DNA of 64,000 bases from assembly GCA_046538485.1 (NCBI GenBank), contig JBKHIT010000021.1, forward strand, positions 1-64,000, read 5' to 3'. Positions 29,940 to 39,291 of the stretch are shown here, one piece after another (within the stretch, counting starts at the first letter, position 1; each line of letters begins with the position of its first letter). The translations under genes were made by a program, and so were the position numbers. The notes under the pieces are model-generated. The model ran no database searches. It was not told where the DNA came from and saw only the letters and a list, made by a program, of their open reading frames with translations. The DNA comes from Candidatus Brocadiia bacterium (GTDB lineage: Bacteria; Planctomycetota; Brocadiia; SM23-32).

Positions 29940-30554
29940 TCAATTGCTATTCTCAAGCGCTTTCTCCCATCGGCGGACGTGTTCCGGCGGGATCTTTTTG
30001 TCGGTTGCATTTTCAAGCAAGCGGTGTGCAGTGAGTTTGACGGCCTCATTCTGGTCTTTGAGCCCCATCAGGAAAACTTCAGCCCCCTTCTCGCCCGGCA
30101 ATACCCGATGCGCCTGCTGAAGGGCCTCGATCCGAACTTGAGGACTGGAATCTCTGGCAATAGCATACCGGATCAGGTTTTCCGCTTCCGGGCCTTCAAT
30201 TTTCACAATTGCCGCGAGTGCCTGCTTCCGCACTACCCAGGAGATGTCTCGACGAGCCAACAGTCGTAGCTTGTCAAGTGATTCTGTCGAACCAAGATTC
30301 CCCAGTGCCTCCGCGGCCATTGCGCGGGCCTTTACGTCCGTGTCACGAACCAACCGCCCTTCAATCGCCTCTCGCAATTCAGGATAAGGATCCAAACGAA
30401 GTTTATTTAGAGCTTTTTGACGTGCGGACGGATTTGGCGACTTGAGCTGGTTTTCCATCCGCTGCCGCCGACCCGGTCGAAAAAGTGTGCATCCAACGAA
30501 GAATATGGCCACAAGAAAAGGAACAGATCTCAAAGGGCAAAGAAAGGTTTTCAT
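29940..30554 (-). CDS. HEAT-repeat lipoprotein
   Basis: Lipobox FVGC; repeated (V/A)R..A..AL HEAT units. Confidence 0.8.
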   Translation of the reverse strand: MKTFLCPLRSVPFLVAIFFVGCTLFRPGRRQRMENQLKSPNPSARQKALNKLRLDPYPELREAIEGRLVRDTDVKARAMAAEALGNLGSTESLDKLRLLARRDISWVVRKQALAAIVKIEGPEAENLIRYAIARDSSPQVRIEALQQAHRVLPGEKGAEVFLMGLKDQNEAVKLTAHRLLENATDKKIPPEHVRRWEKALENSN

Positions 30555-30686
30555 CTCTGGTCCTGATTTTGAAAACAGAGGGCACCCGTCAGGCGAATGG
30601 TTGTCTATCCCGATGGAACTTTCGGATAGTATAACGCGGTGCTGCCTCTGCGCAAATCGGAATATGCCCTGATGAGGAACCCCGGA

Positions 30687-31508
30687 TCAGGGGATAATCA
30701 ATTCCATTCCTGTCTTAAGTTGGGAGGAACCATCCAGCCGATCGGTATTGGCTTTGAGAATCTTCTTCCAGTTTGCTCCCTTGCCGTAGACTTTTTTGGC
30801 AATTTTCCAGAGAGAATCGCCTTTTTGGACGGTGTAATATTTCCCTTCCGCAGAAAGCATTTGTTGACCGCTCTGGCTTTCGCCGGCCGCTCGGGAGGTC
30901 TGGAGGGGGGGGATTTCAAGTTTCATATTTGGTCGCAGGTCTTCGGCTTTTTCGAGGATGTTTTGGTTCGCCTCAAGGATTTTTTTCCACTTTCCCGGGG
31001 TATCGTAATATTCACAACTGATGCCAGAGAGGGTATCGCCTTTTTTCACTACGTGTATTTTTGTTTCCGGCTCTTTGTGTTTCTTAATTGGAACATCATC
31101 GCTTTTTGGCTCCTGAAGTTTTTCCTTTTTCTCTTTGAGAGGGATATCAGCTGGATCCTCTTCGTCAATTGCTTTCTCCAGCAAGCTGTCGAGTTCCCGC
31201 ATAGTTCCTTTTGGAACGGCATTGTCCTGGGAAAATGTTGGCTCACCTTCGATGCTCACACTCGCCTCGACACCCGTCGGCTCTTCAATTGTTTCCGGTT
31301 CACTGGCAGATTCATCTTCCATCCAGATCCACTCATCCAGGTCCGCACTTTCAGATGCGCCCGCGGCCCTCACCTCCTGTGGTTGCTGGGCTTGAACCGA
31401 CCCTTTATTGCTTTCCGAACCATCGCCCCACATTGAAATGGCAATAATTACGGCCGCAATGACGGCCAACACACCAAGCAACTGCGCCTCTTTCATTTTC
31501 ATAGACAT
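30687..31508 (-). CDS. Membrane-anchored protein with two LysM domains
   Basis: HVVKKGDTLSGIS and YTVQKGDSLWKIA; N-terminal TM. Confidence 0.92.
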   Translation of the reverse strand: MSMKMKEAQLLGVLAVIAAVIIAISMWGDGSESNKGSVQAQQPQEVRAAGASESADLDEWIWMEDESASEPETIEEPTGVEASVSIEGEPTFSQDNAVPKGTMRELDSLLEKAIDEEDPADIPLKEKKEKLQEPKSDDVPIKKHKEPETKIHVVKKGDTLSGISCEYYDTPGKWKKILEANQNILEKAEDLRPNMKLEIPPLQTSRAAGESQSGQQMLSAEGKYYTVQKGDSLWKIAKKVYGKGANWKKILKANTDRLDGSSQLKTGMELIIP

Positions 31509-31813
31509 GCCTCCGAGCGTTCACGAGCCACCAAGTATTCTTTTATGTGTCGCGACTTTGAGAGTAGCTTAATGGTTCAATCAAAAACAAATCTTGTGCT
31601 CATCCCGACGCCAAAACTCGACGCTATCGTTTTTTGGCTACCGTAACCGCTTTTCTAAAACACACTTATAGCAACAGCTCAAAAAGACCCTTGGAGCAGG
31701 CAGGAAAAATTTCCGTCACAAAAAAACGGACGCAAAATGGCCCCCTCTCGCCCGGCTGACTATTCTCAAGCCAAAATGCCCGCGTGATCATTCATAGCAT
31801 CGGCAAAACCATC

Positions 31814-31842
31814 TTGACGGTTGCCGCCGCGAGGCGTACAAT
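31814..31842 (+). promoter_or_regulatory. Sigma70-like promoter for the GntR regulator
   Basis: TTGACG-17 nt-TACAAT. Confidence 0.6.
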
Positions 31843-31996
31843 TCATCGAATGAACTGCGCATTTCCCGTATCCAAATTCAGGGAAAAATTCCAGCGGGAT
31901 CCCGGGACAGCATCGCCGGAGTAAAAATCCGGTCTACTGTCTTAAAGAATGTGTTGCCGGCGGCTCTGCGAAAACCAGCTGTTTTGTATTGGAATC

Positions 31997-33043
31997 ATGA
32001 CGCCTATCAATCGACAGCCACTTCACGAGCAGATCGCGGATATCCTGCGCCGGGAAATCCGCACACAACACAAACCCGGTGACAGGCTTGATTCTGAAAG
32101 CAAACTCGCCGAACGATTCGCCGTCTCCACCGTCACCCTGCGGGAGGCTATGCTTCAATTGAGCCAGGAGGGGCTCATCGAAAGGCGTCACGGCAGTGGA
32201 ACTTATGTTCTCGATGAGGCGGGCCAGCAACGAATTGTCATACTCGTAAATCCCGACATACTCTCCGAATCGGCATCTTACTTCTGGACCAAAGTCACAC
32301 GAGAAACCCAGCGTATGTTCGAAGATAAAGGAATCAGAAACTGGGGAGAACTCGGATCGAAAAAACCGCCGCGAGATTATCCGCACCTTGACGGTGCGGT
32401 CGCTATAAGCGCCTACCGGAATTCTTACTGGCCCCAAGAAATGCTCGATCGGGGGATTCCAATTGTCGGTAATGATCCGGCACTTGACTGCTTTGTGCAT
32501 AACGATATGCCGGGGATGGTGCGTGGGGGAGTACAGTATATCATCGACACCGGGCGTGAGCGCCCCGCTCTGCTCCTGTACAAATCCCAGCAAGCGGGCA
32601 TGCGTGAGGCTTTCCGAAAGACCCTGAAAGAAAATGGGCTCAAACCTGACCCCGAGCTCATCTGCACGGAAACCGAAAATGGCGAGTCGAAATACGAGGG
32701 AGGGGCTTTCCAAAAACTCTGGGAAAAACCGATACAAAAACCCGATGCGATTCTCGTCGCCGACGACGTCGTATTTAAAAACACGGCCTATGGAATCCTT
32801 TCCCGCTCCATTGATGTGCCCCGCGAGCTTCTCGTCCTCACGCACGCCAACAAAGGCGCTGATCTGTTCTACCCTTTCCCCACCGTTCGCCTTCAGTTTG
32901 ACCCGACGGAATATGCCCGGGCTCTTGTGGACGGGCTTTCGAAACGGATGGCAGGCGAACCGAATCCCGACAAAGAGGTCCTTCTCTCCCACACCATGGT
33001 GGGAACCGAAACAATCAAAAATCTCCTCGAAGCCAGTGAGTAA
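31997..33043 (+). CDS. GntR-family HTH regulator with LacI-type sugar-binding domain
   Basis: PGDRLDSESKLAERFAVSTVTLREA..L..EG.IERRHGSGTYV; PDAILVADD...VPREL. Confidence 0.9.
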   Translation: MTPINRQPLHEQIADILRREIRTQHKPGDRLDSESKLAERFAVSTVTLREAMLQLSQEGLIERRHGSGTYVLDEAGQQRIVILVNPDILSESASYFWTKVTRETQRMFEDKGIRNWGELGSKKPPRDYPHLDGAVAISAYRNSYWPQEMLDRGIPIVGNDPALDCFVHNDMPGMVRGGVQYIIDTGRERPALLLYKSQQAGMREAFRKTLKENGLKPDPELICTETENGESKYEGGAFQKLWEKPIQKPDAILVADDVVFKNTAYGILSRSIDVPRELLVLTHANKGADLFYPFPTVRLQFDPTEYARALVDGLSKRMAGEPNPDKEVLLSHTMVGTETIKNLLEASE

Positions 33044-33156
33044 AACCCGAAAGAATCCCGTTTGGATTCGGGTGGAATACAAGCGATCATTTCCTTAGGA
33101 TACAAGCAAATTGGCTCCTTTAACGTTTTGTCAGAAAACAAAATAGGAGGAAGATT

Positions 33157-34191
33157 ATGGCAGGACAATTTCGTTTTTCGTTTGGTCCATGGAACGTTCA
33201 CGAAGGTGCCGACCCTTTCGGCCCCGAGGTCCGGGAATCCATTGAATTCGCCGAAAAGTTGAAAATGTACAAAGACCTTGGATTCGGAGCGGTACAATTT
33301 CACGACGATGATGCCGTCCCTGAATTGAACGATTTGAGCCCCGGGCAAATTATCACCCGGGCCGAAGAAGTTAAAAAGATGCTCGATAACGAAGGGCTGG
33401 AAGCTGAATTCGTCGCCCCTCGGCTCTGGGAAGATCCCCGGACCATAGACGGGGCCTACACCTCAAACGATCTGGAGGAGCGGGAATACGCCATTGAAAG
33501 GAGTAAACGCTGCATTGATATCGCGAAGGCGCTCGATACCGATCTGATCGTTTTGTGGCTCGCGCGAGAGGGAACCTACATCCGCGAAGCCAAAGATCCT
33601 GTCGTCGCCACGCAGCGTCTGGTCGAAGCAATCAACATTATGCTGAATTACGATTCCTCGGTGCGGATAGCGATCGAGCCCAAACCCAACGAGCCCATGG
33701 ACCAGGCCTATATTCCGACGACAGGACACGCGATGGCGTTGGGAATGATGACCGATGATCCGGACCGCATGGGAGTTAATATCGAAACCGCCCACGTGAT
33801 TCTTGCCGGCCTCTCCCCTTCCGATGAAATGGGATTTGCACTGTCGGCCGATAAACTCTTCACCGTCCATCTCAACGACCAGAACGGTATAAAATTCGAC
33901 GAAGACAAATCCTTCGGAGTGGTCAACCCGCGCCGCGCCCTGGCTCAGGTGCGCATTCTCGACAAATATGATTTCGGTCAGAATGGAGAATGGGTCGGTC
34001 TGGACGTCAAAGCCATGCGAACCCAGAAAGCGGAGGTCGCGACAAAACACCTCAGAAATAGCCGTGAGCTCTTTCTAAAAGTGCTTGAGATCTCACGGGG
34101 GCTCGATGATGACGAAATCGAGCGGCTGAGAGATGAACGTGATTACGAGGAACTCGACCTCTACATCACCAATCAGCTGACGGGCGGGTGA
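33157..34191 (+). CDS. Xylose isomerase-like TIM-barrel sugar isomerase
   Basis: QFHDDD, WLAREG, EPKPNEP, NIETAH, HLNDQ, DEDK; AGGAGG SD. Confidence 0.88.
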   Translation: MAGQFRFSFGPWNVHEGADPFGPEVRESIEFAEKLKMYKDLGFGAVQFHDDDAVPELNDLSPGQIITRAEEVKKMLDNEGLEAEFVAPRLWEDPRTIDGAYTSNDLEEREYAIERSKRCIDIAKALDTDLIVLWLAREGTYIREAKDPVVATQRLVEAINIMLNYDSSVRIAIEPKPNEPMDQAYIPTTGHAMALGMMTDDPDRMGVNIETAHVILAGLSPSDEMGFALSADKLFTVHLNDQNGIKFDEDKSFGVVNPRRALAQVRILDKYDFGQNGEWVGLDVKAMRTQKAEVATKHLRNSRELFLKVLEISRGLDDDEIERLRDERDYEELDLYITNQLTGG

Positions 34192-34267
34192 AAAAAGAAG
34201 AAATCGAGACTCTGGCGCATGGTAAAGTGCCCGTGCGGCAATCCGGCATGCCCCGCATCAGTTTGGG

Positions 34268-34378
34268 AAGCGGGCTGGACTTCAGAACCGCTCCCGCGGG
34301 TCTGGAGTTCAGGGCGCGGTGCAGAAGCCCGCAGACCTCGCAGCACAAAGAGCAACAACGAACGGCAGGTCCGCCTCA
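34268..34378 (+). repeat. Family A hairpin repeat, extended form (with gcag..caaag..aacggcaggtccgcctc tail)
   Basis: Aligns with the reverse complement of 38505-38630 over about 110 nt. Confidence 0.85.
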
Positions 34379-34593
34379 CCCACCGTACGGCGGAGACCTG
34401 CAGATCTCCCCATTCCATTTCACCGCATGCCCTGGTCGGCTACAGAATACCTTCGCAAAAAACGGCTGCGCCCCACTTATCAGCGACGCCACGCTCATGG
34501 AGGGAAACCGATTTCACTATTCCGAAATGAAAACGGTAGCGCATCGGAAAAAATCGCCGAGTGCGGCATGCCGATTCTTCAGAGCCTTCCAAC

Positions 34594-35181
34594 TTACTGC
34601 TGACGCCCCTCGATTCCGGCCAGAAGGATACCACCAGCAAGGAGAAGACGCCGGTCCACAGGTGGATCGGGATTCTGAAGCTGGAGCGTATACTTCAGAA
34701 CGAAAGGATTGAAATGTTGTCTGCAGGTGGCAAATGGGGCTCCCTGCGCGTCTTCGCAAATATACTTTTGCGGTATTAATTTGAGAAACCGGCTGGCAAA
34801 AGCACTGAACCAGCTGTTCTCTCTCAGTTTGCCGATCTCTTTCTCATTCTCATCCAAAAATATATATTCATCTTTAAACATCGACTTTATACCACTCCTA
34901 CGAACAGCCCCGACGCCTTCTTCGGCGATCGGATCGAGAACGTAGTAGGTTGCGCCGATATCGAAAATCTGCGGGGTTTTAATAACAAGAAGTTCCTCGG
35001 TCATATTCTCATCGCCATAGATACGAAAATCTTCTTTGAGTTTGAAGGCCTTTTGCTCGGAATAGAAGGCCAGATTGCCCGATTGGTCATACGCATGGAA
35101 TGCGCCGCCGAAGATTTTGAAAACTTTCCGACGAAAAAGATACTTATTCTTACAGAACGCAGGATGCAGTTCCTCCGCCAT
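34594..35181 (-). CDS. LURP-one/scramblase-like (Tubby C-terminal fold) protein
   Basis: QKAFKLKEDFRIY and DRRLLLA..ILL motifs. Confidence 0.65.
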   Translation of the reverse strand: MAEELHPAFCKNKYLFRRKVFKIFGGAFHAYDQSGNLAFYSEQKAFKLKEDFRIYGDENMTEELLVIKTPQIFDIGATYYVLDPIAEEGVGAVRRSGIKSMFKDEYIFLDENEKEIGKLRENSWFSAFASRFLKLIPQKYICEDAQGAPFATCRQHFNPFVLKYTLQLQNPDPPVDRRLLLAGGILLAGIEGRQQ

Positions 35182-35265
35182 TTCAATTTCCTTCGCAGTC
35201 AAAGTGAAAATTTATAAAAAATCATCTGAACTTTTCCCGACCACTATGCTCTTGATCCAAACTCT

Positions 35266-35973
35266 CTATGTCCCAACAGAGGCGGTAAAAACAGACAATT
35301 TGTTGATCTCCAAACTCTTCTCAATCGGCTGAAGACGCCCCAGAACAGAGGCCAGGCCTGCTTCCGCAAAATCCTTCTGTGTTGTTTCGACAAACTGTTT
35401 GCCCATCTTCCCGATCTGGGCAGACGTGGCAACATCCCGCAGAGCCGGCAGCAAAATTGTGTCTTCATAAGCCGCATGTGCTCTGTACATTCGCGCGTAT
35501 CGCCTCAAAGCGCGAGCCAAATCCGTGCGTGTGGGGTCTTCAGAAATATTCTCCTTGCCGGCCAGATAATAGATCCGCTGGGAAAGACGACGCCCTGTCC
35601 GATGCTGAGTGCGAAGAGTTTTTATAAGCTCCTTTTGCTGCTCTGCTTCCAAAAAAACCGGAAAGACATATTTTTCCTCGAGTTCCTCGTGGTACTGTTC
35701 GATAAACTCGTCAACAAGGGGTCCGCTGTTGAGTGCCGTGGGAGGCAATTGCTCTTTCTGATCCAGTCGCTTTGCCACCTCCTCGTAAGTCATCACAAGA
35801 CGCTGCACCAGACCGTGCTGATACATCAGCTGTTCAGTGGGAGGGACTTTGTTCGCTGTATGCGTTTCTTTATCTCCCGGCTTCTCCGCGGCAGAGGCAC
35901 GTCCGATTAGCGCGCCCGCCGCACCACAAACAGCCAATCCGGTTTTCCTTAGAAAATTCCGCCGATCATTCAT
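35266..35973 (-). CDS. Tat-exported hemerythrin-domain protein
   Basis: DRRNFL twin-arginine signal; HGLVQR, YHEELEEKYVFP, QHRTG, HAAYED ligand motifs. Confidence 0.85.
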   Translation of the reverse strand: MNDRRNFLRKTGLAVCGAAGALIGRASAAEKPGDKETHTANKVPPTEQLMYQHGLVQRLVMTYEEVAKRLDQKEQLPPTALNSGPLVDEFIEQYHEELEEKYVFPVFLEAEQQKELIKTLRTQHRTGRRLSQRIYYLAGKENISEDPTRTDLARALRRYARMYRAHAAYEDTILLPALRDVATSAQIGKMGKQFVETTQKDFAEAGLASVLGRLQPIEKSLEINKLSVFTASVGT

Positions 35974-36922
35974 TCCCCTCATTCCTCCCTTGAACAATAA
36001 TGACCCGGAGTCAGCATCCGCGACACACATCTGCTGCAGGCGCCACGCTATGATGCTACCATCAGATCGACTCCTGTGCAATGTTGGCCGGCACCGCCAG
36101 GCAGTAGAATTAACCGTCTGATATGTCAAACCCCGAACCTTCGTTTCGCGATTCCCCTGTGATATACATACAAAAGGAAACCGTATCCGCCCGTCCAGTA
36201 CGAAAAATTCTCACCCGATCAGTAAAGTTGCGGTCCCCGCAGCAAAACTGTAATACCCCCCTGGCCACCAAGCAAAAACGCATCTTCCACGACATTTGTT
36301 AACGGGTTACGATGAGACCACGGGCACGAACATCTGGACGGCTGCGGCGGATGAGAAGTCCCCCGAACCGGTTGGCTGCGGCGATCACACATTCGGCCAT
36401 GTCAGCGTCTCCCATTGCGGCCGTTTCTGGATCGCCGACGCGCCGCGCGAAGACAACGTCCCCGTTTAGCCCGCATTTCTCACGAACCTAAATGTATAAT
36501 TATTATAAACGGCAGCACAGAAAGACTTTGCACTATATTTCGCATCTGATCTCGCTACACAGTCTGTAATCTGGTCTAAAGACAGCGGTTCGCCCTCCGG
36601 GAGCGGGTTAGAGCTGGATTTAACCCCCATTTTTTCAGGAGATGTAAGATACCGTGCCAGCGCATGTACCTGTTTACCCCAGAAATGCCGCTCCATAGGT
36701 CCTTGCGAGTCCATCGCAAGATGGGCGAAGCAATCTCGTCGTTTTGTGGACCCGACAGCGAGATTGCCGCGGCGCCCCGCTGAGCGGAACACCTCGCAAT
36801 GACATGTGAACCTGAAAGGCTGAGTCTCATACACGCTAAGCGTGTGCCAGCGCATCGCGCTGGCGTCCCTAAGCGGTCTTGTATAAGTAAACTAAGGATT
36901 TGACAATCGCCGTAAGATCCTT

Positions 36923-36980
36923 TTTCTTACGGCCTGAAAGGCCGATTCATCGTAACCCACACTGAAGTGGTCTGAAAGAC
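36923..36980 (-). repeat. Dispersed repeat family B, copy 2
   Basis: Reverse complement matches 361-417. Confidence 0.8.
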
Positions 36981-37119
36981 CAGGGAGGCCCGGGTTATGG
37001 AGAACCACAACATAAGGCGGAGTCCTACAGTTTTCCCCCATTGCTGCCCATTGCATGTGCTGCTCGGCTGCCAAAGACCCCAGAGACCCAATTCTTGGAC
37101 GCCATAAGGAACTGCGAAC

Positions 37120-38229
37120 TCAATCCGGATCGCTTACGACCAGCTCTTTCACCGCCTCCCCGTCGCTCCAGCGGCCCATAAATCGCTGCCCGGCCGTATC
37201 ACCCAACGCAGATTCCCGATTTTTACCCTCAAAAGCCGCGCGGCAGAGCGCGTCGAAGAGTCTCCAGGTTCCGTAGTAATCGAGCGCATCGACGCTGTCG
37301 CCTCCGGCGGCCCGATCTATGATCGGCGATCTTTCCCCTTCCTTATTTTTCTTTCTCCGCTCCCGGATCCGGTCGCGGAGTTTGCCGCGCCTTACCCCTC
37401 CGCCACCACCCAGAAGGCCGTCACCGGAATCGTACCTCTCGTCCGCCGCCACCGGAGCAAGATGATTCGCCTCAAGGGGCGGACGGCCGTGGCCGTCGCT
37501 ACGCATCAGAACAAAATCCTTGTTCCGGGCCGGGATCCGGTTTGCCCTTCGATAAATCCGTTTCGCATCCACATCCCTCACCACGCCATCTTTGTCCCCG
37601 GCGATCGTCAGCAACAGTGTGGCGGCGGAGATTTTGCTTAAATCTTCCAGCGGCACGACGATCCGCCGTGGCCCCCAGGATTTACCCGGCTGCACGCACA
37701 TGACGGCTTTCGGCCGGGGAAGACCGGATTCCGATGCCAGAGCCGCGATATTGGCCGACAGGAGCCCGCCCACCGAATGCCCCACGACCGCGAATTTGCC
37801 GGAGACGGGGCGAACATGATCTTTTTCTTTTTGTAGACGACGCACAGCATCTTTAACCGCTTGAATGGCGTTCGGCGTGAACTTTCCCGGCGGCGTGGCC
37901 AGATTCGCCTGGTAGCGCGGGTAAATAACGACATTTCCCCGCCGCACGATGTGGTCGATCCACGCCCCATAGATCTTCGGATTCATCGCCGTCCAACCGT
38001 GGTTGAACACAACCACCGGAGCACGATCGGGTGCCGGGTCGGCCGGCTCGAAAATCCAGTATTCCTGCCCCCCTTTACCGTAGCGATAGCGCTTCACGTC
38101 TTTGTGTGCGTATTCGGTCCCACCGGGCCCGCTCTCCGGTTGAGACGGTGCTTTTGGGGGCTTATCCGCGGCGAAACTCACCAAGCACATCAGCAGCAAA
38201 AACGGTATCAGAAAAATCTTTACTCTCAC
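37120..38229 (-). CDS. Secreted alpha/beta hydrolase
   Basis: Signal peptide; FNHGW, GHSVGG nucleophile elbow, GDKD, NH. Confidence 0.87.
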   Translation of the reverse strand: MRVKIFLIPFLLLMCLVSFAADKPPKAPSQPESGPGGTEYAHKDVKRYRYGKGGQEYWIFEPADPAPDRAPVVVFNHGWTAMNPKIYGAWIDHIVRRGNVVIYPRYQANLATPPGKFTPNAIQAVKDAVRRLQKEKDHVRPVSGKFAVVGHSVGGLLSANIAALASESGLPRPKAVMCVQPGKSWGPRRIVVPLEDLSKISAATLLLTIAGDKDGVVRDVDAKRIYRRANRIPARNKDFVLMRSDGHGRPPLEANHLAPVAADERYDSGDGLLGGGGGVRRGKLRDRIRERRKKNKEGERSPIIDRAAGGDSVDALDYYGTWRLFDALCRAAFEGKNRESALGDTAGQRFMGRWSDGEAVKELVVSDPD

Positions 38230-38504
38230 ATTTTGCTCCTCAGGACCAACGGAACAGTGGCTGACAGGTCGCTCTCAATAATTGTACCCTGAGTTCACGC
38301 CAATCTGTCAAGCTTTTTCAAACGTGGAGGTTTCCTTCGGAAAAGTCTTTAGAGAGTGTCTAATATAAACCTCTCGTTTAGTATCAGTGATTCTGTAAGC
38401 TTGCAACCCCGCTCTTCGACCACATATCCTGCAGACTCGATTTCAGCTGAGCGCTCCACTCAGCGGGCGAAGCGGGACAAATGCCGGGAAATGCCAGGTA
38501 GCTG

Positions 38505-38630
38505 TCGGTCTGCATCGCCGAGGCGGACCTGCCGTTGGTTGTTGGTCTTTGTTCTGCGAAGCCCGCAGATTTCTGCACCGCGTTCTGAACTCCAGCCCCG
38601 CAAGGCGCTGCTGAAGTCCAGTCCGCTCAT
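38505..38630 (-). repeat. Family A hairpin repeat, extended form
   Basis: rc: atgagcggactggacttcag cagcgccttgcgggg ctggagttcagaacgcggtgcag...ggcaggtccgcctcggcgatgc. Confidence 0.85.
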
Positions 38631-39239
38631 GTGACAGGCAACCGAAGCGAGACCTTGACTCCACGCGTCGGGACGCGTCACCGCACCACCAAACACGCTC
38701 CCCACATGAGCTGCGAGTGGTGGTTGAGCAACGACGGTTTTGAATGGCGACGCCCGTTCCGCAACGTCTTTGCAGCCGGAGAAGCAGATGGATTGATCCA
38801 GCATGAACCGATGCGCGTGGGCGGTGATCTGCTCTGGACGGACGGGAAACGCCTCTTCGGATTACCCAACGAGAGGCTTTTTTGCATTCGCTCCCTCTCG
38901 AATGCCGCTTTCACAACACGTCCTTTCGAAGTTCCCGATACACCGGTTGCGATCAACGCCGAGTTTGGGCTCGACAGCGATTCGAATCGCGGAATGCGCG
39001 GGCAGGGCTCAATCCTGGTCGAAGCGCTCGGGGAGGATGGCGAGATTCCGGAAGGTTTCGAGCGCGAAGCTTGCGTCATCCACGATCTCGACGCCCCTTC
39101 ACAAAGGCATGAATATGACCGGTACGGCGGCCGCGTTCTCGCCTGGCACGGACACTCCCTCTCGGAACTCGCCGGACGGACCGTTCGGCTGCGAATCTGC
39201 TTTCGGGACGCCCGTATCTACGACATAAGATGGACCTGA
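38631..39239 (+). pseudogene. Probable N-terminally truncated glycosidase-like protein (C-terminal beta-sandwich only)
   Basis: The C-terminus LAGRTVRLRICFRDARIY is typical of much longer planctomycete propeller+sandwich proteins. The ORF starts immediately at the repeat edge with no SD. Confidence 0.45.
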
Positions 39240-39291
39240 ATCGACGGCTCTGGCAAGAGACCACTTTGGGGAATCCGAAACACAGACCAAA

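Noticed and set aside
33157..34191. Assigning the symbol xylA
   Set aside because: The fold and metal ligands fit, but the protein is short and divergent with no xylB nearby, so the substrate is uncertain.
34188..34712. ORFs spanning intergenic repeats (also 302-1104, 38356-38804, 48505-49144)
   Set aside because: Their mutual peptide similarity (e.g. SGLDF...LEFR) comes from the DNA repeat, not from a protein family.
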